This document shows, piece by piece, positions 36,510 through 49,440 of a stretch of 64,000 bases of DNA. The stretch comes from Felis catus (lineage: Eukaryota): assembly GCF_018350175.1 (NCBI RefSeq), contig NC_058369.1, positions 26,786,001-26,850,000 of the forward strand, given 5' to 3'. The position numbers were made by a program, and so were the translations under genes. Numbering within the stretch: position 1 is the first letter of the stretch; each line of letters begins with the position of its first letter. The notes under the pieces are model-generated. The model was not told where the DNA came from. It searched no databases and saw only the letters and a program-made list of their open reading frames with translations.

Positions 36510-37328
36510 CTTAGGGATGTGTTAGGCTACAGATACTGCAGAAAAATAGTGGCTTAACCAAAAATGAGGTTTATTTATTCACTCAAATCTAACGACTGGC
36601 AGTTCAGGACAGGGTAGTGGCTCAATAATGCCATCAGGGACCCAGCTTTTTTCTCCACTTTCCCCTGTGCCATCCTCACACACAGCTTTTGCATTCATAC
36701 TCTCAAGAAGGCTGCTGACTTCCATGCATTGTACTCACACTTGGAGAAGAAAACAAGGCAAGAGCAAAGTGCCAGAGGACACAGGGCTAAAGGAACAAGT
36801 TAGTGCAGTTATGCTAAGTGAAATAAGTCATACAGAGAAAGACAGATACCATGTTTTCACTCCTATGTGGATCCTGAGAAACTTAACAGAAGACCATGGG
36901 GGAGGGGAAGGAAAAAAAAAGGTTAGAGAGGGAGGGAGCCAAAACATAAGAGACTCTTAAAAACTGAGAACAAACTGAGGGTTTATGGGGGGTGTGAGGG
37001 AGGGGAGGGTGGATGAGGAGTATTGAGGGGGACATCTGTTGGGATGAGCACTGGGTGTTGTATGGAAACCAATTTGACAATAAATTTCATATTAAAAAAA
37101 AAATAAATAAATAAAAATAAAAAGCTTTCCTGGGAGTACTGCCAAGCGAAATTCAACTTGTATTTCATTGGCCTGAGGTAGGTCATGTGGCCATCTCTAG
37201 CTACATGGGAGTGTTGGAAGTGTTTAGCTGGGTTCACTGCCATCCTGACCAAAATTTCTGCTAAAATTTCTGCTAAAGGAAGAAGAGAAAAATGGATTTG
37301 GGTAAGCAGTGAGCAGTGTCTGCCACAG
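36510..37328 (-). mobile_element. Old MaLR LTR (MLT1-type) interrupted by an L1
   Basis: aatagtggcttaacca; ttcattggcc..ggtcatgtggccatctctagctaca; agcagtgtctgccaca end. Confidence 0.7.
36808..37122 (+). mobile_element. Felid L1 3' end (L1_Fc-like, 5'-truncated)
   Basis: gttatgctaagtgaaataagtcatacagagaaagacagatacc...gtatggaaaccaatttgacaataaatttcatatt plus A-tail. Confidence 0.93.
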
Positions 37329-38287
37329 AACATAACATAAAACTTCACCCAGCTTTTCCGTTAGGTTGCAATAGTTTGCAATCCAACTGTCAAGAGACCC
37401 ATGCCCAACGCCCTGCATGCCTATGAGGGAGGCATATAATTTTCTCTTTTGTAAGCAGTTCATGTTTGCTATTAATGTAGGCTACTTGAAAGGATGTTGC
37501 CAGAATACTTTGATTTGAAGAATAAACTTAAAACAGAGACAGCAATTTTTGAAGTTTACCTAAATTCATTACATACGAAGGGCTTGTTGAAGTCACTACA
37601 GATGACTGGCAATTTTATCTTTTGTGTACACCAATACTGGTGAAAGTGTGCCCACTTGTTACACATCCAAGTAGCAGAAAAACAAACACCTGCTCATGTT
37701 CAATATTCTAGATGCTTACCAGGAAGGCTAGGATAAGCCAGCTGCTACTTTCCTTCCTGCCCAAATATTTTCCAAATATTAAGCTATTTTTGTTATTGCA
37801 AAGAGGTAACAAAATTCACAGAACTAAGCTTTTAACAATTGGCTACTATATTTATGGCAGATGGCTACATTTACAATTATTAACAGTCTTGCTACTGTTT
37901 GAATATAAAAAACCAAAAAAGCTACATAAATTACATGCTCAGTTGCCTTTTTTCTAATTTAACTTAAGGGAACAGGAATTAATTTGATCTATTTTAAATA
38001 TTTGCCAACAGGATGAGTTCAATGACGTATGGAAGGATAATACTGAATTCACTGTCTTTCTACCTCTTGCCACTAAACAATATATCAGCTTGCTTTTCTA
38101 CTGAAATTGCATAAAATAGATAGGACAGCTAATTTAAACAGTTGTTTGCACATTCAATATTTATAACCCGAATCTTGCATGACTGACTGGAAGCAGTGAG
38201 TTAGAAGGTTTAGTTCAGCTGCTGCCTGGAGTGATGGATGGCCTCGAAGAATTTCTTGTTCACTGACCAGATCAATCACATAACAGA

Positions 38288-38315
38288 ATAAAATAAATAA
38301 ATAAATAAATAAATA
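38288..38315. repeat. (AAAT)n microsatellite
   Basis: Seen directly. Confidence 0.9.
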
Positions 38316-38804
38316 AGATCAGCCTTAAACTAGATTCCCAACATTTCCATCTGTATGCAAAACTGTTGCAGGAAGAAATGTATCATAAAACATAATGTGA
38401 AGCTACTTAAAAATAATAAAATTCACCAGAGATGCTGTAGGATGCAAATAAAAAAGACAGGGTGACAGAATGATATCTTATGTTTTAACTGAATATTAAC
38501 CGAGACTTTATTATATCTATAATCCAAAAGTGTTGTCAATTTATAGTAATATTTTGACTGAGCTCAGACTCATAAGTAAAAGGGTTTACAAATCATTGAA
38601 AAGGCTGCAATTTGGGGGGCAGTATTTGCAGTTGAATGTTACTGAACTGAACTAAAATGTGGTGTTGTGGCCATGATTATATACTGCTGTTTTTAATTAT
38701 TCCAGTGGCCATTCTAAAACATGAGTCTGTTAAATAAGGAGTGAGCAGACATCTGAGGTCTCAAATTAGAGTAACCCATCCGTTAATGTGCATTAATGGG
38801 GGAA

Positions 38805-39062
38805 AGTGGTAGTGCTGTGTGCAGGCCATGGCTAGTGAGACCCTCCTCAGTGCATGCTACAACTGGTTTCACTGGTTTGTGGGAGTCCCTTGGGAGCATC
38901 TCTTTCCAGCTCCTCATTCAGTGATGTCAGGTTGGCATCTTGAAAGCAGCCAGTGGGAACGTTTACCCCACAGAAATTAGCAAATGTTCAATATCAGGGC
39001 TCCTCAATACCCTACTCCCTCCGCAGAGCTCATTGGTAAACATGTGCCAGCACATAGCAGTG
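38805..39062 (-). mobile_element. hAT element (MER63-like)
   Basis: catctctttccagctc..ttcagtgatgtcaggttggcatcttgaaa...cacagaaattagcaaatg..atcagggc...taaacatgtgccagcaca. Confidence 0.65.
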
Positions 39063-39319
39063 TAAGTTGCTCCTCGGGTCTGGGTCGGGCGTGGGCTAGG
39101 AGGCTGAGGGGACCCAGAGCTGAAAAGCTTGGATCCTGCTGAACAGGTGCAGGAGGGGGCAGTCCCAGACCCCGGATAATCCTGAAGGTACCCTGGGTGT
39201 CTAACGATGTCTGTAGGTCGCAAGCAGGACAACAGCAATGGCATCTGCCACTTTCTGTGGCCCGCAGGCATTCATCTATCCTCTTCTTGAGCGAGTTTAC
39301 CCCTCCAAGCAGTAGAAGT

Positions 39320-39600
39320 CAGAGGAGGAAGAGTAATAAAATGGGGAGAATTACAAGAAATGAGAAGGAGAAGGAAGAAGGAAAAAGAAAATGAGAAAAA
39401 CAATGAAAAAGAAAAAAGTAGAAGGCAAAGGGCAAGAATAAAAAAGGTGGAGAGGAAAGAGAAGGCAAAGGAAAGAAAGAGAAGGCAAAGAGAAAGAAGG
39501 ATGTAGAAGAGAAAGAAGAAATAAAATGAGGGTAAGAGAGAAAAGAAGAAAAGAGGAGAAGGGAGGGAGTCATAGAAAGAGCAGGGATGTGGAGAAAGAA
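39320..39600. repeat. GA-rich low-complexity polypurine tract
   Basis: About 280 bp of almost only A and G on the + strand. Confidence 0.9.
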
Positions 39601-39894
39601 CAGGGGCTTTCAGACTTCTGCACACACAGGCAGAAAAAGGCCCAGAAATGCTAGATGCATGGGTGGGCCCTTGGGTCTAAACTGAAGAGACAGACTCTAG
39701 AGCTGAAGACAGAACCTTTCTGCAGCTCAAGTCTCTTTTCCTCTTTAGTGGCCAGAGCTTAGGGTTCTCTTTTGAGCCAATGGGTGAGGAAAATGTGGCT
39801 ATATTTCTGATAGTCAAGCAGAACCAGGGAACAGATGCTGGCAAGACGACAGAGCCCGGGTTCCGGCCACCTCATGGGTTTCCAGAATTCCCCA

Positions 39895-40050
39895 CAGTGG
39901 TGGTTTTCAGACATCAAGGGCATCAAGCATCACCTAGAGGACTTGTTAAAACACAGATTGCTGGTTTCTCCCTCAGTACTTCAGGAGTGGAGCCTAAGAA
40001 TTTGCAGTCCAAATTCCCAGGCTGCTGATGCTGCTGGTGTAAAACATGAA
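39895..40050 (+). mobile_element. MER5A hAT MITE
   Basis: atcacctagaggacttgttaaaacacagattgctgg...cctaagaatttgca...ttcccagg.tgctgatgctgctggt. Confidence 0.85.
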
Positions 40051-40874
40051 TTTAGTAAAATAAAACATATCCTGGAAATGATTACAACCCACACCTTAAG
40101 ATCTTATTAACGAGCATCTTAGGAAGAATTCAAATGAGAGAAATACAGGCTAATAATGAGGGGCAGAAGTCCTGAGAGGGAAGAAAGGCATCACAGATCA
40201 ATTATTCCTGCTTACAATTATGACTTCAACTGGCTGTGGCATTTATAAATGTTTCTCTAGTAGCCAACTCTGGAGTCTCTGACTCCCTCCCTGAAATCTC
40301 CATACCCTCAGGGCTAGGTCTTCTGAAATCGTATTTATACCAATGAGCACAACTGAACTGAACAGAAGTGAATGCCTGACCCCAACTAACACAATCATAT
40401 TCACTCTCTAGGTATTTTGAAATTGCCTGGTAGGACTGGAAACGAAGCAGAAACACAGAACAGCTGAGACGGAGGAGTGAGAGGGAGTACTTAAGGCTTT
40501 CTAATGCTGGCTTCCACACCCAGCTGCATCAGTGTCCTTGGGCTTCTGTGACACTCCAACATGCCTGCGTTTGATGCCCCTACTATGCTTTAATTCACTG
40601 AAGCTGGTTTGGTTAACTGAAATAAGTCAAACGAATCTAGCCTCTCTCCGAAACTATGGAGCTCATGACCCTTTGACACATTGGACATACCTTGCTGATT
40701 CTGGTATTTTAACCTTTGTTAGTAGCCTGTGCCAGGGTGCTACCACAACGCTGGTGAGGAAACAAACAAACCCTTATGCCCATTTATTTCTGTGTTGGAA
40801 AAGTTTTATGCACACATCCTCCTTACCATCTTTAAAATATCAGGTAAAACAGTTATTTCTGTTTGTTACTGAGA

Positions 40875-41405
40875 CTATCAGTTAGGACTCTATGTCAAAA
40901 GTTAACAGAAAACCCAATTCAAGCTAGCTCACTTAATAAATGAAATTTATTAGCTCACATAATTGGAAACCACAGAAGTAGGACAGGCTTCAGGGGTGAC
41001 TGACTTAACAGCTCAAAACAGTCATCAATGACCCAATTTCTTTCTCTTTCCCTCCTCTGCCACCTGAGTCAGCTTTATACTCATGGTCACATGACAGTTG
41101 CCAGATGCAAATGATGCTCCAGTCCAGCAACCTAAACAAGAGCCCTAAAGTTCACTCTGATTGGGCTAGAGTAGGTCAGACTCCCACTCCTAAAAGAATA
41201 AATGTGGCTAAGTGGATGGAATGTACTAACTGACCTATCAATCAAAGTCCACACCAGGGGCTGGCTATGTTGTCATCACTTTTACTAGAAATACAAAGAC
41301 TGCCATTAGGCAGGGGGAGATATCCAAACAAAACACAGAAAATTTTAGGAAGAGAAAAATGTGGCAAAGTATGCTAGGCAGAGAGCCAACAACTGTCTAC
41401 CACAC
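40875..41405 (-). mobile_element. Old MaLR LTR (MLT1-type)
   Basis: tatcagttaggactc...aacagaaaaccca..aagctagct..aatttattagctcacataa; ctctgattggg; tgtctaccaca end. Confidence 0.65.
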
Positions 41406-41439
41406 TTGTATCTTATATGTGTAACTGGAAAATAAAAAT

Positions 41440-42133
41440 TCACTTCGTTTTGTAACCATTATAAATAATAACTGATTCAGGCAAGAATCATCATGCTAAA
41501 CTAGTAAAGGAAACCTTGATGAGGACCAAGATATTTACACACTATCATGGTATATCCCCATAAATGACTTAATAATTTAAAGAGAAAAGTAGTAACTTAA
41601 CCACGAGGAAACCTGGAAGACATCACTTTAACCAAGGGATCAAAGTTACCACCACCTAAAATGGAATGAACCAACATCATATGCCTCTTGGTAAAATGCA
41701 CTGAGAAGGATACAACACCTCTTTCATAGTATTTCTAAAGTCAAAAATGTAGAACTTGAATCTAATAAGGAAAACATCAGAAAAACATGATGAAAGGGCA
41801 TTCTACAAAATAAGTAGCCTGAACTTTTCAGAAAAGTCATTGATGTGAAAGACACAGAAGAGCTGAGGAACCATTCCAAATTGATGGAGACTGAAGACAA
41901 AGAAAACTAAATGAAATGTATAATCCTAGACTAAAAACATAATTGCTACAAAGGACAGTAGGTCTATACCATGAGTAATAATACTGCATCGATGCTGAAT
42001 ACCCTGATTTTGAAAATTATACTGTGGTTGTGTAAGTGAATGTCTTTGTTATTAGTAGGTACACACTCAAGTATTTAGTAAAGGAGTAGAAGGTCTGCAA
42101 TTCACTCCCAGATAGTTTAGGGAAAATGTGTAT

Positions 42134-42176
<43 letters not shown>

Positions 42177-42290
42177 TATACACAGTGAAAGTAAAAGCAA
42201 ATGTGGTAAAATGTTAATTGGTGAATTTGGATAAAAGTAGTTCTTTGTACTATGTTTGCAATTAATTATTTCAAAATAAAAGTTTAAAAT
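41440..42290 (+). mobile_element. L1MC-like 3' UTR containing (CA)n at 42137-42171
   Basis: taactgattcaggcaagaatcatca; aaacctggaagacatcactttaaccaagggatcaaagttacc; gggcattctacaaaataa. Confidence 0.85.
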
Positions 42291-42306
42291 ATTTAAAAAT
42301 TATTTT

Positions 42307-42511
42307 AAAGGTTTTTTTTTTAATGTTTATTTATTTTTGAAGGAAAGCGAGACAGACTGTGAGCGGGGGAGGGGTAGAGAGAGAGGGAGACAAGAGAATC
42401 CAAAATGGGCTATCAGCGCAGAGCCTGACGTGGGCCTCGAACTCACAAACCACGAGATCATGACCTGAGCCGAAGTCAGTCGCTCAACTGAATGAACTAC
42501 CCAGGCGCCCC
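42307..42511 (-). mobile_element. Can-SINE
   Basis: TSD aaaatatttaaaaattatttt at 42286-42306 and 42512-42532. Confidence 0.94.
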
Positions 42512-42679
42512 AAAATATTTAAAAATTATTTTCGACTGCATGTCCCTACAATTTTTCTCAAAGCATGAGGTACTATTGCTTTGCACTGTGTATCACTTAA
42601 GTTTCATAAGGTCAAAAGAGCTGACAGTAAATCATAATTTTCTTTTAACTTATTTATTAGAAACTCAGCTGGTAAAGGA

Positions 42680-43050
42680 TGGTATGTCTTGGCCAAAACC
42701 TGTTGTTTCCTTTTCTTCTGGGCACAGAGCCAGACCCTACTTCCCAGCTTCCAATGCTGTTATGGGTGGTATAGGAGTTCTGGCCAGAGGAATGTGACCT
42801 CAAATATCTCCCCATGTGATTCTCTAAACTCTCTCTTCTGTACCTGCTATCCAGATACAGAAGATCCAGTATAGGACTCCAAGGTCCTAGATGGAAGATG
42901 GAAGGAGTGTAGGTCCCTCAATGATTGTGTGTGATCAGAGCCCCTACCTGGCCTGAACTGAATTACAGCAAGAACAGAAAACAAACTAATGTGTTACATT
43001 ACTGAGATTAGTGGGTTATCTGTTATAGCAGTTAGCCTACCTGACTAATA
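42680..43050 (+). mobile_element. MaLR LTR (MLT1J-like)
   Basis: ttctggccagaggaatgtga; agatggaaggagtgtaggtccctcaatga; tgttatagcagttagcctacctgactaata. Confidence 0.75.
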
Positions 43051-43149
43051 AAGTCACTTGAGTTATAAAATAGATTAATAGAAAGGCAATGCTCCAGGAA
43101 AATGCACTGAGGATATCATGTGCTTGCTTTCAGAATATACTTTAGAAGA

Positions 43150-43690
43150 GCAGTTCTCAAAGTGTGTTTAAGGGACTCTTGGTTCTCAAAGAGCAGTTTG
43201 GGGATCCCAGTCTCCAAGACCCTTTCAGGGGCTCTGTGATATCAAAACTATTTTTGGAACAATACTAAGACATTCTTTGTCCTTTTCATTCTCTTATGAG
43301 TACACAATGGAGTTTACCAGAGGTGAAATGACATATTATCCCATAAGAGACTGAATACAGAATCAGGTATGAGAGTACATCTGTCTTCTAGTTAGCCAGA
43401 CATTAAAGAGATTTACCGAAGTGTAAAACAATGCCACTCTGTGTTCCTTTTCTTGTTTGCTTTAGAAAATATAGATATTCTATGTTGGTTATTCAGAGTT
43501 ACTTATGCTAACATGTAATAGGGTTATTATTTCTAAATAATATATATCTTTCAAATTTACTTTTAATTTCTAATACAGTAAATACAGACAAATATAACCC
43601 ACAGAAATGAAAACTCTTTGGAGTCTTCAATAATTTTTAAGTGTGTAAAGGGGTCCTGTGACCAAAAAGTGTAAAAAAAACAGTTTCACA
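43150..43690 (+). mobile_element. hAT-Charlie element
   Basis: cagttctcaaagtgtg..agaccctttcagggg..tcaaaactatttt..aatactaagaca; aaggggtcctgtgaccaaaaagt end. Confidence 0.75.
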
Positions 43691-43944
43691 ACAAATAGGA
43701 GTACATACAAAAGTCACAACATTTTAAATAAAATAAATCCATATTGTTAAAATATAAAGGATGGTATAGTGATGGTCTCCCGTTGACCTTTATTAACTGA
43801 AAAGCATAGTGTCTACGACACAGTAGGTGCTAAATAGATAATTGTTAAATTAGTACATTGTACAATGGTGAGGATATCTGTATTTAAGAGTGTTATGATA
43901 ACTGGATGGGACAATACATATATGTGTTTGTGTATATTATCAGT

Positions 43945-44330
43945 GTTCACAACTACTTACTATCACTCTTGTATGTAAGATGTTTATATATCCCCAACCC
44001 ACTGACTTTAAGCTTGGCTGTATGACTTCAGTCGGCCAATGGATATAAATATAAGTAACATGTCCCACACATATCTGAGAAGCTTTAAATTCATTTGTGT
44101 GGTTTTGCTCAGACTCTTGCTCTTCTGCCCTTGCCTCATGAAGAGCATGTCCCACACAGGGGCTGTTTGTTCAGTGCAGGTTCTAGAATGAGAAGACACA
44201 GCCTAGATATGTAGTTGACCTAGAGCTAAAGCATAGCTACAGCTCACCTGCAGCTCTCAGGTCATGTGAGACAGAAATATATATAAAAAACCTGTTGTAA
44301 GGCACCTTAGCAAACTTGGCAAATACAGTA
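43945..44330 (+). mobile_element. MaLR LTR (MLT1H/I-like)
   Basis: ggccaatggatataaatataagtaacatgt..tctgagaagctttaa; tctagaatgagaagacac. Confidence 0.6.
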
Positions 44331-44558
44331 TGAAATGAGCCTAACATACTGTAGATGTTCAACAAACCTAACCAATCTACTCAGTGCTATTAATCAGCTA
44401 AAGAAGCACTAAAAAAATGGTGCTTAGTCCTTGAGTGAGTGCACAAAGCAGAGCCTACCCTGATTAACTAAGACATTTTATACAGGATTCCACATACATG
44501 AAGTACATGACATAGGACAGGACATCAAAATAGATCATCAAAGTAGATCTCACTCTAA

Positions 44559-44758
44559 GTGGCAACTGGGTTGCTCAGTCAGTTAAGTGCCTGACTCTCG
44601 GTTTTGGCTCAGGTCATGATCTCACAGTTCATGAGTTTGAGCCTTGTGTGGGGTCTGCGCTCACATCATGGAGCCTGCTTGGGATTTCTCTCTCCTTCTC
44701 TCTCTGCCCCTCCCCAGCTTGCTCTCTCTGTCTCAAAAAATAAACATATTTTTTAAAA
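44559..44758 (+). mobile_element. Can-SINE (older)
   Basis: SINE body; flanking aaagtagatctc repeat. Confidence 0.9.
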
Positions 44759-44899
44759 AAAGTAGATCTCCAATAAAAAATTCTGGCTACTATGTACCCC
44801 TAAATACCACCCACTAGAGGGGCTCAGGAATATCTGTAGAGCTCATGGGCAGCTAACTGAGAAAGAAAGAGGTTCTGAGGTAACTGAAAAATGTTTAGA

Positions 44900-45410
44900 C
44901 TCAGAAGAGAGTACAAGTGGGTCTATCAGCCCATCTGCCTGCCCTGCCCATACCCTCTTCTCAGGATATCTGTTTTCTGAAGCTGCAACCAAAGACGGCT
45001 GGCTTAAGGCCAATGATTGGCCAATAACTGATCCTGATTATTCTTTCAGATCTATGCATTGTAAGATACACCTACTGAACCTGGCCAGACAGTGATGGGT
45101 ATTGGAGTTGTAGGGTCACAGAGGGACTTACTGGTAGCCATATTTGCCCACATTCACAATGACAAACAGAGGAAGGTGGTCTGTGAGATGAAACAGAACA
45201 GAGAAGACTCACAGGATAAGAAATGAGAGAGTAGCTGAGAGAGAAAGAGAGAGGGAAAGAGAGAGAAATTAATGACAACCATCACCTCCTAAGAGGCCTG
45301 TATAAAGTTGTACATTTGGGTTCTTATAAGCTCTCCATGTTCTAATACTTATCCTTCTACCAGACATAATTTAAATTGATTAATGTCCTTAACAACCAAA
45401 CAATCCTTAA
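44900..45410 (+). mobile_element. ERVL LTR relic (LTR16-like)
   Basis: ggtagccatatttgccccac..gagagagaaag...aacaaccaaacaatcctta end. Confidence 0.4.
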
Positions 45411-46254
45411 AAGTAGGTTTTTTTGTTCTTTTGAATTTTGCTAATCTTGACCCAAACACAGAATTAATTATTTCTGGTGGTTTTTAGAGGACAGGGATTG
45501 GGGAGGAACAGAAATCCAGATTACGGTAACAGAATTAACTTTCCACAACTGGTAGTCCAAAGTACTTGCGCAAGTAACTTCACTCTCAAAGTGTCAAAAA
45601 CCATGATTATAAAATCATACTACATCTTTCCCTTTTTCCAACTCAAGCACTAAAAAGCAGCAAAGATGTCAAGCAAAGATGCTAGAGAGTCAGGAGTTCT
45701 GGATTTAGTGTTGGCTTTGCCTCTAAGAAACTTTGTGTCTTGAAAAATGTCACATCCCTTTTCTGAGTCTCAGGGTTTTTTCTGTAAAACATAGGGGTTA
45801 GATATGATTTATAGATCCCCTACAATAACAGAGAGCTTAACTTCTAAAATGTTTTAAAAGTTTATGCTAACACATCAATTTCTAAAATATAGTAAATGTG
45901 TACATTTTATTACAAATCACTGTGTTTATGGTATAGCAGTAATCACATATGTTTTAAATAATTTATTTTCCAAGTTGTAAATCAATGGCACTTAATCTCA
46001 GAACAAAGTGGATGGTAATACCTATGTATAGCAAACAGAACAGCTGTACCTATTTACTGCTAACAAATGTAACCAACCTCCAACTATCCTGAGGATTTCA
46101 TATCACTGTCATTGTTTCAATTTATTATAATAGCTTTTAAAATATGAAAAAGATATAAAATGTAAGATCACTAATGTGTTCTAATAAAAAAGTGCTGACT
46201 ACTTGGTTTTAATTAAAGTTCTCTTGGAGTTCTGTTATGGGCTTACAATCAGAA

Positions 46255-46486
46255 TTTTTTTTTTTTTTTAAATTTTTGTTTTTCAACGTTTATTTATTTT
46301 TGGGACAGAGAGAGACAGAGCATGAACGGGGGAGGGGCAGAGAGAGAGGGAGACACAGAATCGGAAACAGGCTCCAGGCTCTGAGCCATCAGCCCAGAGC
46401 CTGACGCGGGGCTCGAACTCCCGGACCGCGAGATCGTGACCTGGCTGAAGTCGGACGCTTAACCGACTGCGCCACCCAGGCGCCCC
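46255..46486 (-). mobile_element. Young Can-SINE (SINEC_Fc)
   Basis: Near-identical to the copies at 3986 and 17359; CpGs intact. Confidence 0.96.
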
Positions 46487-47645
46487 ATAATTTTTATCAA
46501 AAAGCCAAATGTGATGCTCCTTAGCTTTAATCCAGCCTTGAGAACATTTACTTACATATACTCCTACCCACATAACCATTTTGAGAAAACTCAAGGGTAC
46601 TTATTTCTCCTTACGTAAGTTCTCCTGACTCTCCTCATTCTTCAAAATAGTTACTATCCTGCCAGCAGAGGTGTAGCTAGAAGAAATGTACTTTATACTT
46701 GGCAGGGCAAATAAAAGGTTAAATTAAGGCTCAGTTAGTAGTTTTCCAGGCATTAAGGACTGAGAAGAGGAAAGCTGGACACTTTCTTAATCCCATTCAC
46801 CTCCTTCTCACTCTAATCCTTATTTCTTTTTCTATCTTTTTCTAATCTAAGAACCACTTTGACAGTATATTAACACATTTCAGCATAATACAATATAAAC
46901 TAGAATTACTGAGGACTCACCATGCACACAGAATTCTTCTAAGTGCTGTGAGTGACCACAGTGATGAATAAGTTGTCCTTATCCTCAAAGTAATCATATA
47001 CACAAGTATGGGAACACTGAGAATGGAGAGACTGACTGCAACCAGAGAACTCGGAGAGGATTCATGGAGAATACATATTTGAGTTTGGCCTTCACCTAGG
47101 GTTTCAAAGGCGAAGAGACAGGATTAGGTTGGATGGAAACTTAAGCCAAAGGCATAAGAGCGTGTTTGGTGTTCAGCAACCAGGGTGTCTACGGCAAGGA
47201 GAAGGGAGTGGAGTGAGTCATGGAGGGAGAGGGGCATCAGGTCAGATCCAAAAAGACCATGGGTGCCCAGTGACCACCAACTCTGTAGGGCCTTTGGATG
47301 AAGAAGCTTGGGCTGTGGCAAATTTGATGGTCATGGATCTAGGCTGCCTATGACCAAAGGTTAAAACTTAAAGTTCAAATGTTGATCATTAAAAAAGTAA
47401 AAGCAAATGTTAAGAGTTCCCAGCAACAGAGGACTTTAATGTAGTTGCAATTTGCAATGTCTGCTTACTTTAACTATGCAGTACTACTCAATTTTAAAGA
47501 GAAGGTCGAACCACGTATCAGTGGATTTCAATCTTTTGAGGGAGAAATGGCATCCTCTGTTCGTATAAAACATATAAACATTATCAACCCAAAATGTATA
47601 TAAGATTGAAAAAAAGAGAGAATAGGACTTAGAAATTCAAAGTTC

Positions 47646-47983
47646 AGGGCTCCTGGCTGGCTAAGTCGGAGGAAGCATACAACTCTTGATCTTGGGTTCA
47701 TGAGCTCGAGCCCCAGATGGGGGGTAGAGAATAAATACATAAAACTTAAAGAAAAAAAGAAAGAGGGGTACCTGGGTGGTTCAGTTGGTTAAGCATCTGA
47801 CTCTTGATCTTGGCTCAGGTCATGATCTCACAGTTCGTGAGTTGAGCCCCACATCAGGCTCTGTGCTGACAGCACGGAGCCTGCCTGGAATTCCGTCTCT
47901 CCCTCTCTCTACCTCTCCCCCCAACCCCATGCATGTGTTCTGTATCTCTCAAAATAAATAAACTTAAAAAAAAAAAAAAAGAA
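47646..47983 (+). mobile_element. Two tandem Can-SINEs (short old type 47646-47765; full type 47766-47983)
   Basis: One outer TSD, agaaattcaaagttca/agaaattcgaagttca, encloses both. Confidence 0.9.
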
Positions 47984-49234
47984 AGAAATTCGAAGTTCAA
48001 AGATAGCTCCATTGGGATCCAAATACACTAGCCCCTGAAAATCTCATGGTCTAGTTAGGGTATGGAGTTGGTTGCAGAGATACATAAATAATAAGACCAT
48101 TATGTGATAAACGCTATAATAGATTTATGTATAAGTGCTATTGTAAGATACATTCATGATTTATTATACATATTTCATGCCATCAAAGTTATTTCTGTGA
48201 ATCCAAATAAAGATGCTAAAGTATTTGTGCATCCAGGTAAGAAATTCTACAATTTATGGGGGGAAAATTACAAAAATCAGGAATTCTAGAGATACCAGCC
48301 CTCCCCATTGAGGGTTTCTCCTTGTATTTATTACTGGACAGCTTAATCAAAGCCAAATGACTTAATAAAGTTTCATGACATATTTTAATTGCTAACAAGG
48401 AATTTTGCTTCCACATTAAGAAGTTCTAGAATGCTCCATTAATAAAAATTCCTTAATTATTATAAGTTTTATAATAGGGACCATATAAGTCCCATAACAC
48501 ACATATTATATTGTATTTTGTAGATGTTTAAGATGATTTTATTTTGAATAACTGAAATTACTAAGTGCCAGACTAAAAATAAAATGCAGTGATAGGGAAG
48601 GAGAAACAAACTAGATGAATTATTTCTCCTGACAATAAAAAGTAAGCTATGTATCAATGACATTGAAGAAATCGATCTTTCCAACTCTGCCATATCAAAG
48701 AAGGAAGAGCATCTGGAAGATATGTGATTTGCTATGAGTAGTCTTTAATCATCCCTGCTAGTGAAGGAGAACACAGGCACTGGTAAATAGCAAAGGCCTA
48801 AATCTTATACCTTAAGTGCTGGAAATTTATATGCTTTGTTTTTCCCCAGGGCCTGTTTCTTCACAGATGAACCTTCTTCTCTATCTGTGATTCCATGCTT
48901 GGCCCAGTCACCTGTAAGTCCCTTCAAACCAACACTCTGAAGCCGGGAGTTCCTACAGTTGTCTTCTAAGTAAATTGCTAACACCCATACTCAATGGATG
49001 GGAGTCACGTCTTTTCATGTTTATGCTGATCACTTTCTTCCAGATAGACAACTGGCATGAGTCACTAGTCAAGCAGACTTCGATCAAAGAAAAGCTACTT
49101 TTCCATTTCTCTTCAGGGATGAGTACCATGAAGATTTCACAGGGAAAACAGACATGCCCAACTTGTCTCAAAATGTTTTAGAAGGACAATCTAAAAATTT
49201 AAATATCCCTGCACTCTTATTTAGAGACATAATA

Positions 49235-49440
49235 AATTTTAAATTATGCAGTTACCGTTTGACATTATCCAACTCAATCCTCATAATTACTCAATAAATA
49301 GGTATAAATATCATCCCCATTGTACAGATGAGGCTGTGACACACAGAGGACTCAGCAACTTGTCCAGGGTTTTCAAGCTAACACACGGCAAAGCCAGTGA
49401 CTCCCAAACCTGCAAGACAACTCATGACAGGACTCTGACA
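49235..49440 (-). mobile_element. MIR
   Basis: atccccattgtacagatgaggctg..cacagagg..agcaacttgtccaggg. Confidence 0.8.

Noticed and set aside
39272..39625. Hydrophobic Phe/Leu/Ser-rich ORFs resembling membrane proteins
   Set aside because: Translation of the CT-rich low-complexity strand.
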